Source: Bigelowiella natans CCMP2755 (Eukaryota > Protista > Cercozoa). Taken from it: DNA of 57,917 nt. A model generated the notes under the pieces. The model saw only the letters and a program-made list of their open reading frames with translations. It did not search any database and was not told the DNA's origin. Shown here in pieces: positions 29,641-38,001 of the stretch. The translations under genes and the position numbers were made by a program. The stretch covers positions 1 to 57,917 of the forward strand of contig ADNK01000127.1 of the NCBI GenBank assembly GCA_000320545.1, read 5' to 3'. Within the stretch, counting starts at the first letter, position 1; the number at the start of each line of letters is the position of its first letter.

Positions 29641-30300
29641 ATATGCACTGCACAGCACATACCTGCTTATCGATAAAAAGCACCAATCTATAACAACAGG
29701 CAATCCTGATGACTGCTACGAATGGACAATGAGCTTTCTCGAGGAGGATATGCGGCTGCTTAATGTCAGTTACGTCGACCTTATGCTCCTCCACCATCCT
29801 CCAGACCAAAAATGTGAGGAAAGCGGGGATTCTTGTAGCAGGTAGAACCTATGAAAGTTACCAAATTGTGTCACTATGCGTGTCACCCTGTCGCCCCATT
29901 GCCCCCCCCTCTAAGATACTAAAATAGAGAATAATAAAGTAGTATGGCAGTATGGCAGCATGCAACGCAGAAAAATGGGCGGTTATTTCCACAATGCTGA
30001 CAGTCCGATGACGAACGGAAATCTCCTCCTATGTATATCCACAAGGCTACAAAGTCAATGGCGCGCAATGGAGGATTTTCTGCTGGTAATGAATAAGTCC
30101 CGGACTATCGGAGTCTCTAACTACTGCATGGGTTGCTTCGCGTGTCTGAACAAAACGCAAAGCGTTGTCCCTGCCGTTAATCAGGGTGAGCAGTGAGCAG
30201 TCGCATGCATTGATGTACACGTAATCACGTAATACTATCACATATATGTTGGCTTTGAATACAACGATCTTCGCCATGGCAGATACTATTATGTGCCTGT

Positions 30301-30343
<43 letters not shown>

Positions 30344-31493
30344 TTGATATCAGTAAAATATCACATCGGAATGGGCAACGATCCATTCAGCATGGTTTCT
30401 GCCTCCAGAGATCTTGGCATCACCTTACAGGCCTATTCTCCTCTTGGAAGTTCGTGAAGTAGCAATAGTGTCGTTTGTCACCTTGAGGTATCTCCTCATG
30501 TGTTCTAAGGAATTTAATTTTGGCATTGTTTTCCACGATAGACGGTGACAAATTTTTCACGGAGGGCGTTGCCACCACTGAAATCGGCAAGAAGTAAGTG
30601 TTGATAAAAGACTCATGAAATATCAAAGTATTTTCATTGGTGCGCACGCGTGCTCACTTGCACAAACCCACACTCAAGAGGGCATACGAATCAAACACGT
30701 TGAGAGCCTCATAGATTGACCGAGAGGAAGCAGAAATATATATGGAGAAAGCGTCTAAATCTTCATAAAATAAAATGTGGCAGGTACGGGAAAACTGCAG
30801 CACAGATCGCCCTCAAATGGGTGATACAAAACGGCGTCCCTGTTCTAACAAAGAGTTTGAATCCGGTCTACTTGGCTGAAGATATTGATATTTTCGACTT
30901 CAATCTTACCGATCCTGACATGCAGCGACTGAGCGATGAAAACCGCTATTATACTCCGTCTGGATGCCTTAAGGTTCTTTCCAACTTTCCAACGCTATAA
31001 ATAAACAGGGTTGCAACAATGTGCACCATATACAACGCATGCATTTGCTTTCGCTTACCGAGGCAAAAAGTCATCTGTGAAAGGGCAAAGGCCATTAAAA
31101 AAGTCAATTTTGCATATTTATTTATAAATAATGTAGGATGGGAAGAAAGACTTTCCCGTTGGCGCAATTGTGGGAATCTTTATTGCAACAATTTTCGTAG
31201 TCACACTGGTTGTCATACTCTTCATGAGAAGACGTGTCTACTACCAGAAATTTCAGAAATTTCTGACAATGTTGCGCGGTCGATCATCAACATCCTCATT
31301 GGCATTAGGATCGGCATATAGAGAGGTCCATCTTGAGAGCAGAGACTTTGATGAATATGAAATTGGTACACAGCAGAGAGATGCGGGGGGGGTTGAAGCC
31401 GATTACAATGGGGAAGCGGAAGATGCACTGCATAGGGCTATGTCCGGTCAAATTGACGATGATGATGATGATCATGATGATGATGATGTGTGA
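26836..31493 (+). CDS. Tandem aldo-keto reductase (two AKR domains) with N-terminal signal peptide and C-terminal TM plus acidic tail, multi-exon
   Basis: Domain 1: LSNGVIMPMAATGVW..AGFRHIDT, ARAIGVSNF, PMVNQI, PQAWSPL, AAQVALRWLVQ, IFDFEL. Domain 2: LNNGVMMPMVGAG, GITHIDTANDY, YVDLMLLHHP, IGVSNY, AQIALKWVIQ, DIFDFNL. TM segment IVGIFIATIFVVTLVVILF. Confidence 0.8.
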
Positions 31494-32289
31494 ATCGTTT
31501 GGTCTCGACAGCTGACCACGCTAGAACCCATTGCATGCTACATGCACATGATGCACAGGACAAGCACGTTCTGTCTGAAGCAGTAACTGTCATGATGTCG
31601 CTACACATGCAGCCATCATGACAATCACAAAATGCGTCATGTGCATGTTCGATCATTGCAGTTGCGATCGTTCATCGTGTACTATCCATCTTTCGCTGCA
31701 CTAGCCACATTCAAAGACACCCATGCTGCACGCCTGGATTGCACTGTGCACCATCGATTGTTAATTGCTCAAAGTTGCGCGATGGCAGCGAAGGAAAATG
31801 ACAGTCTAGTAGCAATCTGGAAATGCGTTGTTGCCAGGCGGTGCGTCGAAAATCAATGCTGGAATGGACTCACAGTTCCACACAAAAAAATGCTGTCTTT
31901 ACTTTCCTTCCTTTGTTGTCATCACCATGTGTGTGATGTGTAAGTAATAATAATAATAATTATTATAACCGCCAATGGCGGTATCTGCGATGTGGGCAGA
32001 GCCCACCTGCTCGCAAAGCGATGCGACAGCATTATGCGACTGTATCATTATGCTGTATCATATTACCTTATTATACTCATGTTTCCCAGGGGGTGTTTTC
32101 CGGGGGCGGGGGTTATATATATAAAGTATGTAAGTATTTTAATATATATATATATATATATTAAAAAGTTTGGTTTTTAAAATGCCCCATAAGCCCTCAT
32201 TAGTTATAAAATGAATGAGGTTAGAAAAAAACACTAATTAAAGTGGGGGTCTGAAAAAAAATGAAGAAGCATACGATGTCATTATATGC

Positions 32290-32435
32290 GATGTGCTGTG
32301 CTGTGCGAAGCGATATGCCGTGCTATGTATGTATGTATGTTGCGAAGCGATATGCCGTGCTATGTGCCGTGCCGTGCGAAGCGATTTGCGGTGCTATGTG
32401 CCGTGCTATGCGACTGCTGACTAATATGCGACTGG
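32290..32435 (+). repeat. GC-rich short repeat array (AAGCGATATGCCGTGCTA family), copy 1
   Basis: Units at 32308, 32345 and 32379 (degenerate). 32303-32362 matches 33146-33205 at 59 of 60 nt. Confidence 0.85.
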
Positions 32436-32509
32436 TTTGATAGGCATTGTGTTGTGAGATGCTCATACGAAAAACTTGTTTAAAGAAATGTGTTATATGT
32501 AAGTTAGTT

Positions 32510-33127
32510 ATGAACAAATCTAACGAATTGGTGAAAAAATTATTAATTCTTTCTAAATCTAATGACATTGAGAATGCTATTGAAGAATGGAAATCTCTGA
32601 AAAGTTGTGCGATAGGTAAGCATAAAAAATGTATGATTTCTTATCAACGATATTGTAGAAGTTTCATAAATTTAGAAACTTGTAATGTCATATACCTCAA
32701 AAACAAATATAGTGAATTAAGTGAATATAAAAATGTTGATGTGGAAGCATCTGCCAACTTTTCAACGAACGAAAAACTCTTTTCATATGGTCTTTACAAT
32801 TACCTAAATGAAAAAAAACGAGTTTTACAACAATTAAACAAAACAAAATATTCGCACAGTTTAAGTCTCAAATTAAGAGCTAAAAAATCAATCAGTTTCC
32901 ACGATTTTTTTGAAATTTACAAAAATAAATTAGGCTTTGAAGGATTAATCAAGTTGTTTTTGAAAATTAAAAAAATGAGAAAATTCAAAAACATTTCTAA
33001 AAGACACAAAGAATTATTTGATTTCTGTTATGATTTGTTAAAAAGAAAATACAAAAACAAATATTCCATTTATCTATCATACAATTATCCAGAAAAAATA
33101 ACACAACTAAAAAAGAATGTCGTTTGA
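32510..33127 (+). CDS. Hypothetical viral protein (~205 aa, Lys-rich)
   Basis: ORF with ATG at 32510, preceded by a TGTTTAAAGA motif; flanked by the 60-bp direct repeats. Confidence 0.6.
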   Translation: MNKSNELVKKLLILSKSNDIENAIEEWKSLKSCAIGKHKKCMISYQRYCRSFINLETCNVIYLKNKYSELSEYKNVDVEASANFSTNEKLFSYGLYNYLNEKKRVLQQLNKTKYSHSLSLKLRAKKSISFHDFFEIYKNKLGFEGLIKLFLKIKKMRKFKNISKRHKELFDFCYDLLKRKYKNKYSIYLSYNYPEKITQLKKNVV

Positions 33128-33137
33128 AAAACAGACA

Positions 33138-33290
33138 CATATGCCGTGCGAAGCGATATGCCGTGCTATGTATGTATGTATGTTACGAAGCGATATGCCG
33201 TGCTAATACATATGCGACTAAGCGATATGCCGTGTTAATACACTGCTATTACGAAGCGATATGCCGTGCTAATACACATGCGACTGCTAC
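33138..33290 (+). repeat. GC-rich short repeat array, copy 2 (four 18-nt units, 14-19 nt linkers)
   Basis: AAGCGATATGCCGTG(C/T)TA at 33151, 33188, 33220 and 33254. Confidence 0.85.
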
Positions 33291-33394
33291 AACATACATA
33301 CTTAACAACATATGCTATTAGCAAAAGGATTCCTCTTTTACAAAACATCCAACTATGATTTCTATTTAAAGAATTGTCTCACTATAAGATTAAT

Positions 33395-33592
33395 ATGAGT
33401 AATATTAATCAAGTAAATAAAAGTAGCACAGCAGATAAAATCTATGATGTTGACTATAAACTTAGTGAAATCGTCCTCGTAATAGATGAACTAAAAGCCG
33501 AACTGAATCCTGAATTCTATCGCAAACTAAGAGATAAACTGATGGAAGTCCACATTTGTCTAATGAGCGAAGTTGTAGATGGCTATAAATAA
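33395..33592 (+). CDS. Small hypothetical viral protein (65 aa)
   Basis: ATG 22 nt after TATTTAAAGA (33363-33372); helical-looking sequence. Confidence 0.55.
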   Translation: MSNINQVNKSSTADKIYDVDYKLSEIVLVIDELKAELNPEFYRKLRDKLMEVHICLMSEVVDGYK

Positions 33593-33636
33593 CCATATTT
33601 TCTCCAGACTGGACCCGATGTGTGTGCGGAAGCAGT

Positions 33637-36223
33637 CTACATAGCGATGCGAAGATACTCCCCAGATTTGTAAGGAACATCTTTATCGTTAGCTCCACCA
33701 ACAGCAAACAGTTTGCCATCCCCAATAGCCACTTTTAAACCCCACCTTATGCTCCTCATATCAGGCAGTTTCTTCCACCCCGCTTTCATATTATTCAAAT
33801 CCAGATACTCCCCATTTTTAAGAGTATTACCATCATACCCACCAACAGCAAACAGTTTGCCATCCCCAACGGCCACACCCAAATTACTCCTCTTAGTATT
33901 CATATCAGGCAGTTTCTTCCACCCCGCTTTCATATTCTTCAAATCCAGATACTCTCCAGATTTGTGAGTATTACTACCATCATACCCACCAACAGCAAAC
34001 AGTTTGTCATCCCCAACGGCCACACCCAAAGCATTCCTCTTAGTATTCATATCAGGGAGTTTCTTCCACCCCGCACCCACATTCTTTAAATCCAGATACT
34101 CTCCAGATTTATCACCCCGCCCACCAACAGCAAACAGTTTGCCATCCCCAACGACCACACCCAAACCATATCTCTTAGTATTCATATCAGGGATTTTCGT
34201 CCACCCCGCATTCACATTCTTCAAATCCAGATACTCCCCAGATTTGAGATAATTACTACCATCACCCCCACCAACAGCAAACAGTTTGCCATTCCCAACG
34301 GCCACACCCAAACCATATCTCTTAGTATTCATATCAGGGATTTTCGTCCACCCCGCATTCACATTCTTCAAATCCAGATACTCCCCAGATTTGAGATAAT
34401 TACTACCATCACCCCCACCAACAGCAAACAGTTTGCCATTCCCAACGGCCACACCCAAATACCGCCTCTTAGTATCCATATCAGGGATTTTCGTCCACCC
34501 TTCTTTGAGATAGTCCTCAATCGCCTTCTTCGTTTCCTGCTGTTTCTCCTTGGGCGAACTCAGTCGCGAGATTCGCTCCAGCTTTTCTTCCAGCAACCGG
34601 TTTGCCTCCAACAATTTCCTCTTATCCGCTTCTGCCTTCTGCTTCTCCTCCAACAATTTCCTCTTATCCGCTTCTGCTTTCGCTTCTGCTCTCGCTTCAG
34701 CCTCCCTGACGGCCTCTTCTTTGTTCTTCTCGGCCATCTCCAACTTCTCTTTAAGCTCCTCTGCTTCGTCGTCCAATCCAAGTTGCTTCAAAAACTGGAG
34801 AGAACTCATTTTAGGAGCAATCTTATTAAGCCCTTCGGCCAGTTGACCTGCCTTGGGTCGCTTGGTTCTGTCTGTGTTCAGGCACAATTTTATGGTTTCC
34901 TTGAGAATCGGGTCTGTCTCATCCATCTTATCATACTTCAGCCTCCCGTTCTCTATAGCATCCCTCAAGACATTCTTACTCACCCCTTCAAACGGCATCC
35001 TCATCTCTACGAGGTGATACATCACCAGTCCCAGTCCCCAAATATCCGACTTGTAACCGTATTCACCACTGAACTGTTCGGGAGGCGACCACTCTGGTGT
35101 TCCCCCAGTAGACATTCTCGTCTGCGAGAAGGTGGAGCTCGTGTGGGTAGAGGCCAGACCGAAATCCGCCCATTTCGCCACCCCTCGCTCATCCACTAGC
35201 ACATTCTGGCTTTTTATATCGTGGTGAATGACTCGTTTTTCGTGTAGAAAATGAAGTCCGTTCGCCAATTGCTTAGACCAAATGAGGCGATGCTCGTTCC
35301 CAATTGTATATAAATCATCGTCACCAATCACATCACTCAAGCTTCCGAGAGAGCAGTAGCCCATCACAATAAAGACATTCGGTTCCATCGCCCCTCCAAA
35401 CACCCGAACTACATTCTCGTGCCGAAGGGAAACCGATGTAGTAAGCTCTTTCTTGAAAAGCTCCATTTCCTTCAGGGCAGTTTTGGAGCTATTAAACTCA
35501 ACCTTGGACTCCTTGAAAGCGACTTCCATCCCCTGATACTTGGCCAGATACACGATTCCCATTCCACCTTTTCCTAATTCCTTTGTAATCTTGACATTCT
35601 CTCTGCGAATCACCCACTTGGCCTCTGAAATCCGTTCCCTCTCCAGCAGTCGTTTCAGCTCTACGACATCTTTCTTACTAGCCTCCACCTAAAAAATAAA
35701 TATTATTGTATTGATAGGGACAGGGCTAAAATTAAAATAATCTCACCTCCTTCCTCCGCTGATTGCTCTTGGCCATCTGTTCCAGTCTATCAATCACCTC
35801 GTCGCGGAATTTGCGATGCTCCTCCTCGCAACGATTCAGTTCCACGAGAAGGTCGGTCTGGAGTAGCTCATTGATGCGGAACATCAGTTTCATCAGGCGA
35901 TTAGATTCCGATTTGTTCTCAGACCGTTTCCAAAAGTATTTCTTAAACCAGCCCTGACCTTGGAACGATACGACAAAGTCTCGCACTTCATCAAAACAGT
36001 CCTTCATTTCTTTGAGAACTCCCTGATTCAGCTTCCGATTGTGTAGATTGACCACGGAAGATTTCAAGAGGCTGAAGCACTTCTTCAATTCCTTCACCAT
36101 TCGGTTGTTCTCTTTAGCCTCGTCCAAGACGGAGCATATGTAATTGTAGGCCTCCAAGATTTCTCCCACATTGACCACCATAGTGAGTGAATTGAGATAT
36201 ACGATTTCGTAACTATTCGCCAT
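33637..36223 (-). CDS. MLKL-like 4HB / TKL protein kinase / coiled coil / 6x Kelch protein; join(36223..35747, 35688..33637), ~842 aa
   Basis: A phase-0 GTGAGA...TTTTTTAG intron (35746-35689) fuses ...RRKE to VEASKK.... Kinase motifs GKGGMG, VAFK, HHDIKSQN, DFG, GTPEWSPPE and SDIWGLG. Kelch units W..IPDMNTKR..LGVAVG.GKLFAVGG. The N-terminal helical domain resembles the MLKL N-terminal domain pattern. Confidence 0.82.
33650..34500 (-). repeat. Six ~132-144 bp Kelch-coding tandem units, two essentially identical
   Basis: 34154-34458 shows an exact 144-bp periodicity. Other units differ mainly at loop codons. Confidence 0.9.
35689..35746 (-). other. Predicted 58-nt spliceosomal GT-AG intron inside the virophage
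   Basis: Donor GAG|GTGAGA, AT-rich body with an in-frame stop, acceptor TTTATTTTTTAG|GTG. Splicing joins the two ORFs in frame. Confidence 0.8.
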
Positions 36224-36344
36224 TTCTAAGAGTTTCTTGTGCGGTTTCCCTAAATATCCCTAAAAACCGCCTTCATTTTAATATTCATTCAGTGAAGTGC
36301 GAACTTCAGTTTTCGTTTCCTAATATTTTGCGATTTCAACACCT

Positions 36345-36752
36345 TCAACCCACCCCTACTAAGGTTGCTGTGGGGATACAGACATTCTTCACATAACACC
36401 CTCTGTGTTTGAGATAAGTGGTTTTTATTTTGAATGTATCAAATACTTCTTTATCGTATTGGATATATTTGACTCCATCTGTGAACTTGAAGAAGAAATA
36501 AATGGTTTTGCTCGTATCTACATTCTGTATCTTCTCAATATTGATGTAGGTGGTATCGTATTTATCGCTCCTTATTTTTCTTCCTTTTACTTCTACCAGT
36601 ATCTTTTTGAGTGTATCTTCAAAGTCAAACTTTGAATACCTGCTCTTTGCTATCAATTTTACTTTTAAGAGGTTTTCTATCAGCGGTTTTATCTCTACTT
36701 CGGTCTTATGACCTGCTATATACTCCTCGTTGCTACAGATGTTTTTACTTTT
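36345..36752 (-). CDS. PD-(D/E)XK-type nuclease; frame open to 36752 but lacks an ATG
   Basis: GHKTE...KFDF...ILVEVKGR motif. The upstream sequence ATATATAT-AAA-AGT looks like ATG missing its G. Confidence 0.6.
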   Translation of the reverse strand, partial: KSKNICSNEEYIAGHKTEVEIKPLIENLLKVKLIAKSRYSKFDFEDTLKKILVEVKGRKIRSDKYDTTYINIEKIQNVDTSKTIYFFFKFTDGVKYIQYDKEVFDTFKIKTTYLKHRGCYVKNVCIPTATLVGVG

Positions 36753-36802
36753 ATATATATTAAAAATAATTTATATAATATTTTATTCTAAACGAATATA
36801 AT

Positions 36803-37948
36803 ATGACAAAAGATAAAATACCTTTGTTAGGCAACCTACTACTGCGGAAAGGGTTTTACAGCAAGGAGATAGAGGGCATACTATCCCTGGTCGCATTCAA
36901 TAAGAAGAATGTAGAGGTGTTAGGTAGTTTTCAATTGCGGAGTCAGTTCTATTTCAGTGATATTGACCTCTTTGAAAGCAATGTTAGAATACCAATCAAC
37001 AGAATAGCAGATGGGTTCAAAAAGAAAATAAAGAAGATGCTGAACGACGATAAATACTACATCGGTGATATAAAATGCGGAGTAGCGGAGCATTTGAGGG
37101 TAATAAATGATAATATATACATCCACAACAATAAGGTATATAATTACAACCGAAAGGAGATATTAGAGAGATTACACAGACTGAGAAAGCACCTACCTGA
37201 CTACAAGAAACTAAAAAGACTGATTATCACCAATCCTAATGAGGAGCAGATAAATAAAATAAAACAAATATTTAGGTTTCATATCGTCAGGTGGACCCCA
37301 AGGGAGATATTACAAGGTTATAAGACTTTGATAGATGATAGTAAATACAAATTAGTAGAGGGAATGAAATCTCCTGCTCTATTCAAGTTGGATTTTTACA
37401 AGTATATGAATAATAATAATTTTTTAGAGTTTAGTATCATTTATGATTTACGGAATAGCAAAGGGCAGAAACTAAACAATATTCCATACGATACGAAGCA
37501 AACACTACTTAATGACATTAACAAATATACAACAGAGGGTCAATATTTTAAGGTTTTGAAAAGGAGGTTTTCTTTATTACGATACGAGTATGTTTTTGAG
37601 AAGAAGAAGAGTAATAAGTCCAAGTTAATCGTTCTCTCAAAGATACTAAATAGCAACTTGGGAAATTTATATCAAGTCAAAGCACTCATAGACAATCTAC
37701 TCTTCTTAATAGAGAACTTTAATGATTTAAACAAGGATAGAATAAACAAATCTATTGACGACATCATAGATAAATTATCCTTTGTAAGTTTAAGCAAGTT
37801 TGTGAGAGAGGAAGATGACATCATAGATGATTTAAAAATGATGCTAAAGGGCAAGTCTATCGGTGATATGAGTGGAAACCTGGAGGATATTTATAATACC
37901 ATAGGAGATATTATAAATAAAGAAAGTTATAAGTATATCAAAATATAA
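36803..37948 (+). CDS. Pol-beta superfamily nucleotidyltransferase (Sputnik V21-like)
   Basis: VLGSFQLRSQFYFSDIDL fits hGS-x-DhD, with a candidate third Asp in FKLDF. TCTA motif 12 nt upstream of the ATG. Confidence 0.7.
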   Translation: MTKDKIPLLGNLLLRKGFYSKEIEGILSLVAFNKKNVEVLGSFQLRSQFYFSDIDLFESNVRIPINRIADGFKKKIKKMLNDDKYYIGDIKCGVAEHLRVINDNIYIHNNKVYNYNRKEILERLHRLRKHLPDYKKLKRLIITNPNEEQINKIKQIFRFHIVRWTPREILQGYKTLIDDSKYKLVEGMKSPALFKLDFYKYMNNNNFLEFSIIYDLRNSKGQKLNNIPYDTKQTLLNDINKYTTEGQYFKVLKRRFSLLRYEYVFEKKKSNKSKLIVLSKILNSNLGNLYQVKALIDNLLFLIENFNDLNKDRINKSIDDIIDKLSFVSLSKFVREEDDIIDDLKMMLKGKSIGDMSGNLEDIYNTIGDIINKESYKYIKI

Positions 37949-37990
37949 ATTCAACCCTTTTGAGAGTCTTGAAGGTGTTGAAATTGAAAT
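37949..37990. repeat. 42-bp hybrid palindromic site left of the fibre gene (A-core-B')
   Basis: ATTCAACCCTTT-TGAGAGTCTTG-AAGGTGTTGAAATTGAAAT. Confidence 0.85.
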
Positions 37991-38001
37991 TCACAACAAA
38001 T

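Noticed and set aside
569-30340. Many short ORFs with poly-CV, HT, RE, YI, S or T runs
   Set aside because: These are translations of (GT)n, (GA)n, (AT)n and trinucleotide microsatellites in introns, or antisense shadows of real exons.
33151-33271. Repeat-spacer array resembling a mini-CRISPR
   Set aside because: The 18-nt repeats have 14-19 nt linkers that are related to each other and of low complexity; no leader or cas genes.
33650-34500. Diversity-generating retroelement acting on the Kelch repeats
   Set aside because: No reverse transcriptase or separate template repeat in the window, and the variation includes indels and is not adenine-specific.
35732-36223. Stand-alone 163-aa gene followed by a GTG-initiated kinase gene
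   Set aside because: The GTG 'start' is immediately preceded by a polypyrimidine-AG acceptor, and a matching donor gives an in-frame fusion, so a single spliced gene is more parsimonious.
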